A DNA stretch of 62,900 nt from positions 1 to 62,900 of the forward strand of contig CAIMPC010000019.1 of the NCBI GenBank assembly GCA_903843285.1. Reading direction: 5' to 3'. Below the pieces are notes generated by a model. The model worked only from the letters and a program-made list of their open reading frames with translations. It was not told the DNA's origin and did no database searches. Shown one piece after another: positions 39,881 through 49,961 of this stretch. Both the position numbers and the translations under genes were made by a program. Numbering within the stretch: the stretch's first letter is position 1; every line of letters starts with the position of its first letter. This DNA is from Candidatus Omnitrophota bacterium. GTDB taxonomy: Bacteria; Omnitrophota; Gorgyraeia; 2-01-FULL-45-10.

Positions 39881-39973
39881 AACTTCCGTCATTCTGAGGG
39901 AGGCCATCGGTCGACCGAAGAATCTAAAAGCGAGATCCTTCGGCTTCGCCTCAGGATGACATAACTTGGACGA
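39881..39973 (+). mobile_element. MITE/REP-like nested-palindrome element, copy C (short form) flanked by a 14-bp direct repeat
   Basis: The core is gtcattctgagggaggccatcggtcgaccgaagaatct...gagatccttcggcttcgcctcaggatgac. Its left half is ~97% identical to the reverse complement of part of copy A. The perfect direct repeat taaggtataaatat lies at 39867-39880 and 39974-39987. Confidence 0.8.
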
Positions 39974-39985
39974 TAAGGTATAAAT

Positions 39986-40963
39986 ATGCTCAATCAGCCC
40001 AAAGACTTAGACGAAATAAAATATAACGAGGCTCTTAAGAAGAAGATAGTCAAGCTTAAGAAAAGCCGAAACGCCGTTATAATAGTTCACAACTATCAGC
40101 GCGATGAAATACAGGATATCGCTGATATATCAGGCGATTCCCTGGCGCTTTCTCAGGCCGCCGTCAGGACAGATGCCGATGTGATAGTCTTTTGCGGTGT
40201 CAGATTCATGGCCGAATCAGCCTCAATATTGAACACCGACAAGAAAGTGCTGCTACCGGTGATGGAGGCCGGGTGTCCGATGGCCGATATGATTACTCCG
40301 GAGAAACTGAAGACTAAAAGGCTTCAGCATCCGGACGCGGCGGTGGTATGCTATGTTAATTCAAGCGCTGAAGTTAAGGCCGAGAGCGATATAGCATGTA
40401 CGTCAAGTAATGCCATAGAGGTGGTAAGATCTCTTAAAGAGAAGAACATAATATTTGTTCCCGATAAAAATCTGGGCAGGTATGTTCAGTCGCAGCTGCC
40501 GGAAAAAAATATTATACTTTGGGAAGGTTTCTGCCCGACCCACATAAGGGTGCAGGAAGAGGATGTGGCAAGGACGAAGTCGCTTCATCCGGAAGCTGAG
40601 GTGATTGCGCATCCGGAATGCAGTCCCGAAGTGCTCGCCCTGGCCGACCATATATGTTCCACCGGAGGAATGTTCACTTACGTTAAAAAATCCCGAACCA
40701 AGGAATTTATCATAGCTACGGAATCGGGAATGTTGTACAAGTTACAGAAAGAGAATCCCGATAAGAATTTTTATCTGCCTACGCAGAATCTCGTATGTGC
40801 GAACATGAAGCTGATTACTCTCGGATGGGTCGCTCATAGTCTGGAGAAGATGGTTTACGAAATAAAGGTATCGGACGAAGTAAGGGAGAAGGCTAAGAGG
40901 TCTCTCGACAGGATGCTTGCCGTTACCGGTGAGAAGAGCGGAGCGATAATATCCGGATATTGA
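39986..40963 (+). CDS. nadA: Quinolinate synthase
   Basis: 325 aa. Contains the VIIVHNYQ and FCGVRFMAE blocks and conserved Fe-S cysteines (CPMA, CYVNS, CS/CP). Confidence 0.9.
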   Translation: MLNQPKDLDEIKYNEALKKKIVKLKKSRNAVIIVHNYQRDEIQDIADISGDSLALSQAAVRTDADVIVFCGVRFMAESASILNTDKKVLLPVMEAGCPMADMITPEKLKTKRLQHPDAAVVCYVNSSAEVKAESDIACTSSNAIEVVRSLKEKNIIFVPDKNLGRYVQSQLPEKNIILWEGFCPTHIRVQEEDVARTKSLHPEAEVIAHPECSPEVLALADHICSTGGMFTYVKKSRTKEFIIATESGMLYKLQKENPDKNFYLPTQNLVCANMKLITLGWVAHSLEKMVYEIKVSDEVREKAKRSLDRMLAVTGEKSGAIISGY

Positions 40964-40972
40964 TAGCATACT

Positions 40973-41785
40973 ATGAAAAAGCTTAGGATAGGTATTATAG
41001 GGTGCGGTGCAATAGGTTCAAGAATAGCGATAGAATGCTCAGATCGTCTTTCCGGTATTTTTGATCTCGCAGGGCTCTGCGATGTGGACGATGATAAGAT
41101 AGCGGCATTGAATGTATCGTTAAAGAAGAAGGCTCGGGCGCTTAGGTTGGACGAGCTTATCAAGGAAGTCGATATCGTAGTTGAGGCCTCAAGCGCTATG
41201 GCATCTGCGGATATACTGGAAAGATGCATAAAAAATAATAGAGATTGTCTTATTATGAGTGTCGGCGGTCTACTGGGGAACGAGAGCTTGCTATCGGATG
41301 CGGAAGCCGCAGGTGTAAAAGTGTATATACCCAGCGGCGCGGTATGCGGGATAGATGCGCTCAAGGGTGCATCTGTGGGTAAGGTGGAATCAGTTACTCT
41401 CACCACGCGTAAACCGCCAAGGGGACTCGAAGGCGCGCCTTATTTAGTGCGCAACAATATAGATCTGAAATTGATAAACTCTGAGACTACATTATTCGAA
41501 GGCAGTGCAGAAGAGGCCATTAGGGGATTTCCGGCTAATGTCAACGTCTCCGCCGTTCTTAGCCTGGCGGGAATAGGGGCAAAGAATACAAGGGTACGGA
41601 TCGTCACATCTCCTGCTTATACGAAAAACGTGCATGAGGTGGAAATAGTGGGCGACTCAGGACGCATCACTACGAAAACGGAGAATATTCCATCGAAAGA
41701 TAATCCCAAGACGAGCGCACTCGCCATATGCTCGGCGATCGCGACCCTCGAGGGCATAGCCAGGAGCGTGCGAATCGGTACATGA
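40973..41785 (+). CDS. nadX: L-aspartate dehydrogenase
   Basis: 270 aa. Contains the IGIIGCGAIGS Rossmann motif and the C-terminal PSKDNPKTSALA block typical of the NadX family. Adjacent to nadA. Confidence 0.85.
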   Translation: MKKLRIGIIGCGAIGSRIAIECSDRLSGIFDLAGLCDVDDDKIAALNVSLKKKARALRLDELIKEVDIVVEASSAMASADILERCIKNNRDCLIMSVGGLLGNESLLSDAEAAGVKVYIPSGAVCGIDALKGASVGKVESVTLTTRKPPRGLEGAPYLVRNNIDLKLINSETTLFEGSAEEAIRGFPANVNVSAVLSLAGIGAKNTRVRIVTSPAYTKNVHEVEIVGDSGRITTKTENIPSKDNPKTSALAICSAIATLEGIARSVRIGT

Positions 41786-42507
41786 GGCCCTTAACGAAGA
41801 CCGGCAGTTATATATCGAGACGGATAGGCCGCGCGATAGCTGATCACAAGATGGTGGAGGATAAGGACAGGATACTGGTGGCGGTGTCCGGCGGTAAAGA
41901 CAGTATGACGATGCTGCACCTGTTGAATGAGAGGCGTAAATGGGCGCCGATCAGTTATGATCTTATTGCTATACATGTCGAGACTGATCATGGATGCGCA
42001 GGATGTGTACATGCGAAGTTATTGAAAAAGTTCTTTGAAGACAGAGGCGTGAAGCACCATTTTGAGAAGATAAAAGTTAAGGATAAAAATAATAACTTTT
42101 CCTGTTTCTGGTGTTCATGGAATAGGCGCAAGGCGTTCTTTTTGGCGGCCAAAAAATTTAAATGTAATAAAGTTGCCCTCGGACACCATAAAGATGATAT
42201 CATAGAGACGCTTCTTCTGAACATGTTTTATCAGGGGGAATTTTCAGCGATGAATCCGGCTCAGAAACTTTTTAAAGGTAAACTGACGATCATACGGCCG
42301 CTATGTTACGTGGAGGAAGAATATATGAGAAAGTTTGCCAAGGAGGAGGGGTTTCCACCTCAGGTATGCAGGTGTCCGAATTCGGTCGAATCGAAGAGAA
42401 GAGTCATGAAAGAATTTATAACTAAGGTGGAGAAGGATTGCGACCATGTCAGGACTAATCTATTCAAAAGCATGTCGAGGATAAATAAGGAATATCTGCA
42501 GGTTTGA
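41782..42507 (+). CDS. ttcA: PP-loop tRNA thiolation enzyme, TtcA-like (tRNA 2-thiocytidine synthase family)
   Basis: I prefer the ATG at 41782, which makes an ATGA overlap with the nadX stop. PP-loop VAVSGGKDS. Cys blocks CAGC and CFWCSWNRR resemble the TtcA CxxC...CSxxRR pattern. Confidence 0.75.
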   Translation: MRPLTKTGSYISRRIGRAIADHKMVEDKDRILVAVSGGKDSMTMLHLLNERRKWAPISYDLIAIHVETDHGCAGCVHAKLLKKFFEDRGVKHHFEKIKVKDKNNNFSCFWCSWNRRKAFFLAAKKFKCNKVALGHHKDDIIETLLLNMFYQGEFSAMNPAQKLFKGKLTIIRPLCYVEEEYMRKFAKEEGFPPQVCRCPNSVESKRRVMKEFITKVEKDCDHVRTNLFKSMSRINKEYLQV

Positions 42508-42544
42508 TAAATTTAAAATCCATATTCGAAGGGAGGTGAAATAA

Positions 42545-42793
42545 ATGGCAGAAAAAGTCGCAAAGGTAGGCATAAAGAGAAATAAGGGCTATCTCTATTA
42601 CGTCGATAAGAAGGGTAATGTCGTCGAGACGAAGATGGCTAGAGGAAAATCCAAGGGTGGCGGTGGCAAGGTGATTGCAAAGCCCGGTGTGGAAAAGGTA
42701 TCCGGATACCTCTATTTCATCGATAAGGCTGGTGACGTTTCCAGGGCGAAGATGTTGGTCGGAGGAAAGAAGAAGAAAAAAAAGAAAAGATAG
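42545..42793 (+). CDS. Small (82 aa) highly basic protein with an internal duplication and a poly-Lys tail
   Basis: The two halves are KRNKGYLYYVDKKGNVVETKMARG and EKVSGYLYFIDKAGDVSRAKMLVG. The C-terminus is GGKKKKKKKR. GGAGGTG lies 7 nt upstream of the ATG, and a strong terminator follows the gene. Confidence 0.75.
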   Translation: MAEKVAKVGIKRNKGYLYYVDKKGNVVETKMARGKSKGGGGKVIAKPGVEKVSGYLYFIDKAGDVSRAKMLVGGKKKKKKKR

Positions 42794-42840
42794 TTTTCAC
42801 CATTAGTTTTATCCCGGGCTTGTAGGGGGATGAAATATGG

Positions 42841-42881
42841 CCTACGCGGTGCGTTTAATTAGCGTGCCGCGTAGGTTTTTT
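42841..42881 (+). terminator. Rho-independent terminator
   Basis: The 9-bp GC-rich stem cctacgcgg/ccgcgtagg is extendable with G-U pairs to ~15 bp and is followed by tttttt (42876-42881). Confidence 0.8.
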
Positions 42882-42882
42882 A

Positions 42883-42911
42883 TTGGAACTTACACGCTAT
42901 TAGCTTATAAT
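42883..42911 (+). promoter_or_regulatory. Candidate promoter for uvrA
   Basis: TTGGAA (42883-42888), 17-nt spacer, TATAAT (42906-42911). The ATG at 42924 is 12 nt after the -10 box, with no SD visible. Confidence 0.5.
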
Positions 42912-42923
42912 AGCAACCTATAT

Positions 42924-45713
42924 ATGGAAAAGAATGCCATAATCATAAAAGGTGCTAAGGAGCATAACCTTAAAGATATAAGTCTCGAGATCCCGCGTAA
43001 TAAGCTGGTCGTGGTTACTGGCCTGTCAGGATCCGGCAAGTCGTCGCTCGCTTTCGATACAATATATGCTGAAGGACAGCGCAGGTATGTGGAGAGCCTA
43101 TCGAGTTACGCCAGGCAGTTTCTGGAACAGCTTCAGAAACCCGATGTGGATTATATCGAGGGCCTATCGCCGGCCATTAGTATAGAGCAGAGGACCGCAG
43201 GTTCGAACCCGAGATCCACGGTGGGTACGCAAACGGAGATACTTGATTACCTGCGTCTTCTATTTGCGCGCATAGGTATACCTCATTGCCCGAAGTGCAA
43301 GAAACCTATTAAACGCCAGACATCTCAGGAGATCGTGAATCAGATATTAAAATTGCCTGAAAGATCATCAATACTTATAATGGCCCCCGTTATCCGCGGC
43401 AGGAAGGGCGAACACCGCGATCTGTTCCAAAAAATAAAGAAAGACGGTTTTATAAGGGTTAGGGTCGATGGGAATATATACGAGATCGAAAAACCGATTA
43501 TCCTCGATAAGAACAAGGCGCATAATATAGAGATCGTGATCGATAGGCTGGTATTGAAGCCGGATATAAAAAAGCGCCTTACGGATTCCGTAGAGACCGC
43601 GCTGGAATCGGGGAAAGGCATTGTTATCGTAAGCCTCGAGCGCCTTGGTAAGGTCGAGGAGATGCTCTTTAACGAGCAGTACGCGTGCGTCGACTGCGGG
43701 ATAAGCCTTGGCGAGATATCTCCGAGGGTTTTTTCATTCAATTCACCATATGGCGCATGCCCTGCATGCGGTGGGCTCGGCAATAAGATGGAGATAGATC
43801 CGGAACTCGTAATCCCCGACAAATCTAAGAGCGTGATCGATGCTGTGGAGGCATGGAGGCGCGGCGGTAAGGGGTTGTATCTGTATTATAGGCGGCTTCT
43901 CAGGTCTCTGGGTAATAGATATGGATTCGATATTCGGACACCGTTTAAAGACCTGCCGAAAGATATTAAGAGGCTCGTCCTTCATGGCGAAGAAGCCGGA
44001 GGTCATTACGCATTCGAGGGTGTTATAAAGAATCTCGAGCGCAGGTTCCGTCAGACCGAGAGCGAATTTGTTAAGACGGAGATCAATAAATACATGTCCA
44101 TCCTGCCATGTCCCGAATGTAAAGGTTCGCGTCTAAGACAAGAGAGCCTTGCCGTGAAGATTCAGGATAAGAATATTTTTGAAGTCTCGAACATGTCGAT
44201 AAAGGACCTGAAGAGCTTTCTCTCCGATTTGAATTTGACCGAAACTGAGCGCGAGATAGCACATCAGGCCCTAAAGGAGATAGTGGCCAGGCTGCAATTT
44301 ATGGTGAACGTCGGGTTGGATTACCTTACGCTCGACAGACGCAGCTTCACGCTATCCGGCGGCGAGGCCCAGCGTATAAGGCTTGCCACACAGATAGGAT
44401 CAGGGCTTGTGGGGGTCATATATATTCTGGATGAACCCAGTATCGGGCTTCACCAGAAAGATAACGCGAAGCTTCTCGATACGCTTATTCGTCTCAGAGA
44501 TTTAGGAAATACGCTCATAGTCGTAGAACATGATGAGGCCACTATACGAATGGCCGATCATATCATAGATCTTGGTCCCGGAGCAGGTGAACATGGCGGG
44601 CGTGTTTTGGTAAGCGGCAGTCTTAAGGATGTCCTGGCGTCGCAAGAATCCCTGACCGGAAAGTACCTGCGCGGCGAGCTGAAGATAGCAGTCCCTTCTA
44701 AACGCAAAGCGCCTACGAGTAAAAAACTTAAGATATGGGGCGCCAGAGAACATAATCTGAAAGATATAGATATAGAGATTCCTCTCGGGCTATTTGTCTC
44801 GGTAACAGGCGTTTCGGGTTCCGGTAAAAGCACGCTGGTAGACGATATTCTGTACAGGGCACTTGCCAAGAAATTCTACCGATCGAAGGAAGTCCCGGGC
44901 GCGCATAAGAAGATAGATGGCATGCAGCACATTGATAAGGTCATCGTTATAGACCAGTCTCCGATCGGGCGTACTCCTCGGTCTAATCCAGCTACTTACA
45001 CAGGCGCGTTTGCTCCTCTCAGGGAGATATTCTCCAGGCTCCCTGAATCTAAGGTTCGCGGTTTCCTGCCGGGTCGGTTCAGTTTTAATGTAAAGGGCGG
45101 AAGATGCGAGGCGTGTATGGGCGATGGCATAAAACAGATAGAGATGCATTTCCTGCCGGATATATATGTGCAATGCGAGGTCTGTAAAGGGAAGCGTTTC
45201 AATGAACAGACCCTCGACATAAAGTATAAAGGCTACTCTATATCCGATTGCCTGAACATGTCCGTGGAAGAGGCCTTGAAACTGTTTGGTAATATACCCG
45301 CCATGAAGAATAAGCTGAAGACCCTTTATGACGTTGGGCTTGGCTACATAAAGATAGGCCAATCTGCCACGACCCTATCCGGCGGAGAGGCGCAGAGAAT
45401 AAAGCTCGCGACCGAACTTTCGAAGAGATCCACGGGAAGGACGTTCTATATACTCGATGAGCCCACGACGGGCCTGCACTTTGCCGATGTGGATAAGCTC
45501 CTGGGCGTATTGAAGGCATTAGTCAGTCAGGGAAATACGGTTCTGGTCATAGAACATAACCTGGATGTGATAAAGACCTCGGACCATATCATAGACCTCG
45601 GGCCTGAAGGCGGTGATGCGGGAGGCCGGATCGTGGCCAGCGGCACGCCGGAGTATGTAGCCAGCAATAGCAGATCGTATACGGGGCACTATTTAAGGGA
45701 AGTGTTGTCGTGA
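42924..45713 (+). CDS. uvrA: Excinuclease ABC subunit A
   Basis: I prefer the ATG at 42924 ([24 protein letters not shown]). The track start at 42837 would read through the terminator. Two ABC modules ([18 protein letters not shown]; LSGGEAQR twice) and zinc-finger cysteine clusters are present. Confidence 0.95.
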   Translation: MEKNAIIIKGAKEHNLKDISLEIPRNKLVVVTGLSGSGKSSLAFDTIYAEGQRRYVESLSSYARQFLEQLQKPDVDYIEGLSPAISIEQRTAGSNPRSTVGTQTEILDYLRLLFARIGIPHCPKCKKPIKRQTSQEIVNQILKLPERSSILIMAPVIRGRKGEHRDLFQKIKKDGFIRVRVDGNIYEIEKPIILDKNKAHNIEIVIDRLVLKPDIKKRLTDSVETALESGKGIVIVSLERLGKVEEMLFNEQYACVDCGISLGEISPRVFSFNSPYGACPACGGLGNKMEIDPELVIPDKSKSVIDAVEAWRRGGKGLYLYYRRLLRSLGNRYGFDIRTPFKDLPKDIKRLVLHGEEAGGHYAFEGVIKNLERRFRQTESEFVKTEINKYMSILPCPECKGSRLRQESLAVKIQDKNIFEVSNMSIKDLKSFLSDLNLTETEREIAHQALKEIVARLQFMVNVGLDYLTLDRRSFTLSGGEAQRIRLATQIGSGLVGVIYILDEPSIGLHQKDNAKLLDTLIRLRDLGNTLIVVEHDEATIRMADHIIDLGPGAGEHGGRVLVSGSLKDVLASQESLTGKYLRGELKIAVPSKRKAPTSKKLKIWGAREHNLKDIDIEIPLGLFVSVTGVSGSGKSTLVDDILYRALAKKFYRSKEVPGAHKKIDGMQHIDKVIVIDQSPIGRTPRSNPATYTGAFAPLREIFSRLPESKVRGFLPGRFSFNVKGGRCEACMGDGIKQIEMHFLPDIYVQCEVCKGKRFNEQTLDIKYKGYSISDCLNMSVEEALKLFGNIPAMKNKLKTLYDVGLGYIKIGQSATTLSGGEAQRIKLATELSKRSTGRTFYILDEPTTGLHFADVDKLLGVLKALVSQGNTVLVIEHNLDVIKTSDHIIDLGPEGGDAGGRIVASGTPEYVASNSRSYTGHYLREVLS

Positions 45714-48067
45714 TCGGCCCAAGGCCAATAATTATATGCTTTATCGTTTTTGTCGCCGCACTATCCGTGCCGCTACAGATTTACGCCGAAACTCAGCCCG
45801 AAAGCGCGGACTTTATTTGCATTAAGAAATTATTCAATGATGGTCTATATGACCTATCACAGGATAAGCTCGAATCCTTCATAAAAAATTATCCCCAAAC
45901 ACAGTATCTGTATCAAGCGCACCTTTTATTGGGAAGATCCTATTATAAGCAGAATAATTTTTCGCGCGCTTTGTACGAATTCCAGACGATCATTAACTCG
46001 CCCGCGGCAAGCGAGTATCAGGATGAGGGGCTCTACTGGTCCGGTGATATGTATACGAAGAACGGCGACTATAAGGACGCGTTAGATTGCTACGAAAAAA
46101 TAATAGGAGATTTTCCCGCATCCAAATATTTGAGTTACGCGTTATACTCAAAGGGGTGGGCCTATTATAAACTGGGCCTGTTCGACGAGGCCATAAAGTG
46201 TTTTCACGAAGTCATAGCTAAATATCCCGCCGACAAAATCTCGATGGAAGCTCAGCTTGGATCCTCCGAATGTTATTATCTGTCGGCAAGATATGATCGG
46301 GCGGAAGATGAGCTGAGTAAGTTTATCGCGAACTATCCGTTATCTGAAAATACCTCCGAAGCATTCTACCTGGATGGCGAGTCAAAATATTTCCTCGGAA
46401 AATTCAAGGAGTCCATAAATTCGTTTGAACGCGCGATGACCATATCGCCTCAGGCGAAGTGGGCCCCGCTTGCTATATGCAGGATTGGCATGGCGTTATA
46501 TAATATTGGTGAATATGCTTCGAGTGTAACACAACTAAAAAAATGCCTATCCATGGCCGACAATGATCCCATAAAACCCAGAGCGCTTATAGGGTTAGCT
46601 CTGGATTACGAGAGATCATCTATGGCGGCCGAAGCATTAAAGATATGTAACCAGATGCTCGAGAAATATCCCGAAATTGTCATTTTGCCGGATATCTACT
46701 GCTGTAAGACAAGGCTTCTTAGCGAGGCAAAGCGGTATGCTGATGCCGAGGATCTTTGCAGAGAAGCGAAGATTAAATTTGTCGGTAGTCCTCAGGCTAT
46801 ATGCCGGATCAGATACGAGCTCGGATCTGTATATGCCGCTGAGAGGCGATATGGAGAAGCTATTAAAGAGCTTTTACTGATCGAAAAGTCATCCAACGAT
46901 ATAAATTTGATCGCAAGCGCGCTATGTAAAGTAGGAGATATATATTTCGATGGTAATGACTATCGAAAATCTGCCGAATGCTATGATGTGGTCCTTAATA
47001 AATATTCGGACTTCTCCGGCACGGACTATGCCCAATATAAGATCGCAAATATATCGAGCCTAGTTGGAAAACATGACCAGGCCATATTGGCATATCGGGC
47101 GATGCTCGTGAACTTTCCAAATAGCCGTCTGCATCAGGAAGCAGTTTTTGGACTCGCTAAGGCATATTTCGATAATGGTGATTATGAGACCGCCTCGAAC
47201 GAATTAAGGAAATTTGTTGAAGGATTTTCTGATAGCAAATTCTCTGCAATGGCAAGGTTTTATCTGGGTCTGTCATTATATAATATGGGAAAATATGATT
47301 CTGCTCTGGACATATTAAGCGGCCTCGCAAAGCCGGCTCAGGACGAGAAGATCAGGGCTATGGCGGCCTATCAGGTTGGGTGGTGCCTATCCAAAATGCA
47401 TAGAGGCCCGGATGCCGCAACTTCTTTTGAGGCCTTTCTTACGGACTATAGGAACTCCGATCTCGTCAACGATGCAAAGTTTTGGTTAGGGGAATATTAC
47501 AAATCCAGATATAAACATGATAAAGCGATCGGGTCCTTCGAATCGGTAGCTGTCGATGCCTCATCGGGAAAGTTGGCCGAAGAGTCGTTAATGCAGATAG
47601 CAACCATGCTCCGTGAGGCTGGAAAGTCCGATGCGGCTGTCTCCATGCTGGAGGAGCTTGTAAATAGGTTTCCCGGTTCTGATTCGGCGCGTAGGGCCTT
47701 CATAAAATTGGCCAATATAAAGAAAGAGAACGGGGATCTGGATGGCGCCGTAGAATATTATTTGAAGGCACTCACAAAGACTAACAATGAGGCCAACGCC
47801 CAGATCCAATATGAGATCGCGGAGATATATGAGAATAAACAAAGCCTTGCCAGGGCCTCGGAAGAATATCTTAAAGTACCGATGATCTATCCGGCAGGCA
47901 TATTTTGGTCTGTAAGAGCCGAGTTAAAGTGTGCTAAAATCTTTGAGAGATTAAACAGGCCTGATGATGCATTAAGATTATACGAAAAACTCTCCGGCAT
48001 GGACATTGAAGAATCCGTTTTCGCAAAGAAACGTCTCGAAGCGCTTAAGTCTAATATCAAGAAATAG
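45710..48067 (+). CDS. Secreted multi-TPR protein (YbgF/CpoB-like and BamD-like TPR units)
   Basis: 785 aa. Signal peptide ...[13 protein letters not shown]. Many repeats of the pattern A.Y.LG..YY..G.Y..A...F..........S....A....G. GTGA overlap with the uvrA stop. Confidence 0.75.
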   Translation: MIGPRPIIICFIVFVAALSVPLQIYAETQPESADFICIKKLFNDGLYDLSQDKLESFIKNYPQTQYLYQAHLLLGRSYYKQNNFSRALYEFQTIINSPAASEYQDEGLYWSGDMYTKNGDYKDALDCYEKIIGDFPASKYLSYALYSKGWAYYKLGLFDEAIKCFHEVIAKYPADKISMEAQLGSSECYYLSARYDRAEDELSKFIANYPLSENTSEAFYLDGESKYFLGKFKESINSFERAMTISPQAKWAPLAICRIGMALYNIGEYASSVTQLKKCLSMADNDPIKPRALIGLALDYERSSMAAEALKICNQMLEKYPEIVILPDIYCCKTRLLSEAKRYADAEDLCREAKIKFVGSPQAICRIRYELGSVYAAERRYGEAIKELLLIEKSSNDINLIASALCKVGDIYFDGNDYRKSAECYDVVLNKYSDFSGTDYAQYKIANISSLVGKHDQAILAYRAMLVNFPNSRLHQEAVFGLAKAYFDNGDYETASNELRKFVEGFSDSKFSAMARFYLGLSLYNMGKYDSALDILSGLAKPAQDEKIRAMAAYQVGWCLSKMHRGPDAATSFEAFLTDYRNSDLVNDAKFWLGEYYKSRYKHDKAIGSFESVAVDASSGKLAEESLMQIATMLREAGKSDAAVSMLEELVNRFPGSDSARRAFIKLANIKKENGDLDGAVEYYLKALTKTNNEANAQIQYEIAEIYENKQSLARASEEYLKVPMIYPAGIFWSVRAELKCAKIFERLNRPDDALRLYEKLSGMDIEESVFAKKRLEALKSNIKK

Positions 48068-48076
48068 GGGGTATTT

Positions 48077-48709
48077 ATGTGGGATCTTATTCAGAGGGGC
48101 GGACCGATGATGTATTTGATACTAATCTCATCGGTGATCGCTTTCGGCGTCGTTATTGAAAGGGCATACCATCTTAATAAGGCAAGGATAGATGCCGCCA
48201 GGTTTATGGAAAATATAGTGAATGTGCTGAAGCGTAACAAGATAATAGAAGCGATAGAGATATGTAATTCCACTCCCGGGCCGATCGCGCATATCGTAAA
48301 GGCCGGCATACTGAAGCACGACCGTTCGAAGCCGGAGATACGAGAAGCTGTCGAAGAGGCCTCCCAGCTCGAGATACCCAGACTCGAGAAACATCTGCCC
48401 GTTTTAGCGACGATCGCGCATATAGCCCCTCTACTAGGACTCGTCGGAACAGTAACAGGTATGATAAAATCATTTCAGGTCATACAGCAGAAGGCCTCAG
48501 CCATGGTTCCGGTAAATCCCGGAGATCTGGCCGGAGGTATACTGGAGGCTCTACTAGCGACTTTAGCGGGGCTTTTGGTTGCTATCCCGACATATATTGC
48601 TTACAATTATCTGGTTAGCCAGGTGGATAATCTAGTTTACGATATGGAGACGAGCGCAACGGACCTGGTCAATCTGCTTTCATCTAAGAGAGATACGTAC
48701 GAGGTCTGA
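48077..48709 (+). CDS. MotA/TolQ/ExbB family proton channel protein
   Basis: 210 aa with 3 TM segments and a conserved APLLGLVGTVTGMI block. Confidence 0.88.
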   Translation: MWDLIQRGGPMMYLILISSVIAFGVVIERAYHLNKARIDAARFMENIVNVLKRNKIIEAIEICNSTPGPIAHIVKAGILKHDRSKPEIREAVEEASQLEIPRLEKHLPVLATIAHIAPLLGLVGTVTGMIKSFQVIQQKASAMVPVNPGDLAGGILEALLATLAGLLVAIPTYIAYNYLVSQVDNLVYDMETSATDLVNLLSSKRDTYEV

Positions 48710-48715
48710 TAGCAT

Positions 48716-49108
48716 ATGAAATTTAAAAAAAGATTAAAGATAGAAAAAGGGTTAATGGATTTAACACCTCTGGTTAACGTTTTTTTCTTATTATTCATTT
48801 TCTTTTTATTCACATCCAGCTTTATTTTTCAGCCGGGTATAAAGGTCAGCCTGCCTAAAGCTGTGACGAGCGAGGTTATTCAGCAGGACAGCATCGTAAT
48901 GACTATAACCAAAGATGATAAGGTCTATCTGAATGAAAGGGAGATATCTCAGGATGAGATATCTTCGAATCTTAAGCTTCTCGCTAAGGCCAAAACTCCG
49001 CTTCTTATAAAGGCCGACGGCAAGGCATCAATGGGCCGTGTAGTGGAGATATGGGATATGTGCAGGAATGAAGGTGTTTTACAGGTAAATATAGCGACGG
49101 GTAAATGA
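48716..49108 (+). CDS. ExbD/TolR family protein
   Basis: 130 aa with a single N-terminal TM (DLTPLVNVFFLLFIFFLF) and a periplasmic ExbD-like domain. Confidence 0.85.
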   Translation: MKFKKRLKIEKGLMDLTPLVNVFFLLFIFFLFTSSFIFQPGIKVSLPKAVTSEVIQQDSIVMTITKDDKVYLNEREISQDEISSNLKLLAKAKTPLLIKADGKASMGRVVEIWDMCRNEGVLQVNIATGK

Positions 49109-49515
49109 ATATAGCGGGAACGATTAAGAACAATTTTATTTCGAGATATAGGGTGCTTACCATGGCTATCGCGATATCCCTGGCTTGGCATCTGTTGGTC
49201 CTGTCGGCCGTTAAGGTGGTGTCGAGCCCGATGCCTAAGTCGATCGTAAAATTCTCGAAGGTGGCGTTTCTCGGCCCTATACTTTCAAAGGTTAGCATGG
49301 ACCTGCGGGCATCTCCTGCAGGAGGATCACTATTGGAATTAAGATACCGGGATACGGTGATTAAGATGGCCGGCAGTAAGCCGGTAAATGATAATAGTTT
49401 CAGCCCATTTAGTGACGGTTTTCAATCGACACTCGGGGATGATCCTGCGTACCTTGGCATGGTCGATGAGGCCCTGAGCCGTGAAAAGCCGGAGCCTGAC
49501 TACCAGGACGAATAA
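49105..49515 (+). CDS. Short TonB/TolA-like membrane anchor protein lacking a recognisable C-terminal domain
   Basis: 136 aa. ATGA overlap with exbD. The TM helix AIAISLAWHLLVLSAVKVVS fits the TonB/TolA S-x3-H-x6-(L/V)-x3-S pattern. No TonB C-terminal domain is recognisable. Confidence 0.6.
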   Translation: MNIAGTIKNNFISRYRVLTMAIAISLAWHLLVLSAVKVVSSPMPKSIVKFSKVAFLGPILSKVSMDLRASPAGGSLLELRYRDTVIKMAGSKPVNDNSFSPFSDGFQSTLGDDPAYLGMVDEALSREKPEPDYQDE

Positions 49516-49541
49516 TAGTATGTCTATATCTTAATATGTGC

Positions 49542-49670
49542 GTGATAGTCATATAAGTGCATGCGTCATTCTGAGCGAAGCGAAGAATCTAGATCCTTCG
49601 CTTCGCCCTATCGGGCTTCACTCAGGATGACAAACTTTGATCAAGTTTCTTATGAAACCGAGCTGTTACC
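49542..49670 (+). mobile_element. MITE/REP-like nested-palindrome element, copy D
   Basis: Sequence: gtgatagtcatataagtgcatgcgtcattctgagcgaagcgaagaatctagatccttcgcttcgccctatcgggcttcactcaggatgacaaactttgatcaagtttcttatgaaaccgagctgttacc. Both arms match the reverse complement of copy B. TATGTGC lies on both flanks (49535-49541 and 49671-49677). Confidence 0.78.
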
Positions 49671-49715
49671 TATGTGCATATATTTGTTACGTACCCTTGA
49701 CCGTGTAATATAATT

Positions 49716-49961
49716 ATGATAAGCTTAAATATATCACAGGCAATATTTTTCTACATGTTATGTTCGGCCGTTATCGTGCTGTTAGTTTGGATAGCATCCG
49801 GATACAGAGCATCCAATAGGATTTTGCCGAAGGAGCTTGACTGCATCTGGAAGTGCTCGATCTGCTTCAACACTTACGTAGATTCGAAGCATGAAGATAT
49901 TTCTATCTGCACGTTGTGCGGCAGTTACAACAAAAGAGAAGATAAGGGGGGCGCGTCATGA
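49716..49961 (+). CDS. Small membrane-anchored zinc-ribbon protein
   Basis: 81 aa. One TM segment (AIFFYMLCSAVIVLLVWIASG) followed by C-x3-C-x2-C ... C-x2-C (DCIWKCSICFN...ICTLCGSYN). Translationally coupled (ATGA) to the next gene. Confidence 0.6.
   Translation: MISLNISQAIFFYMLCSAVIVLLVWIASGYRASNRILPKELDCIWKCSICFNTYVDSKHEDISICTLCGSYNKREDKGGAS

Noticed and set aside
42770-42790. A-rich run (8 consecutive A within aagaagaagaaaaaaaagaaaaga) as a phase-variation or programmed frameshift site
   Set aside because: It simply encodes the terminal poly-Lys tail a few codons before the stop. No alternative-frame ORF continues downstream, because the terminator follows.
42837-42923. Track start of uvrA at 42837
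   Set aside because: The extension would be translated through the intrinsic terminator hairpin (42841-42881) and the promoter candidate. Conserved UvrA begins at the ATG at 42924.
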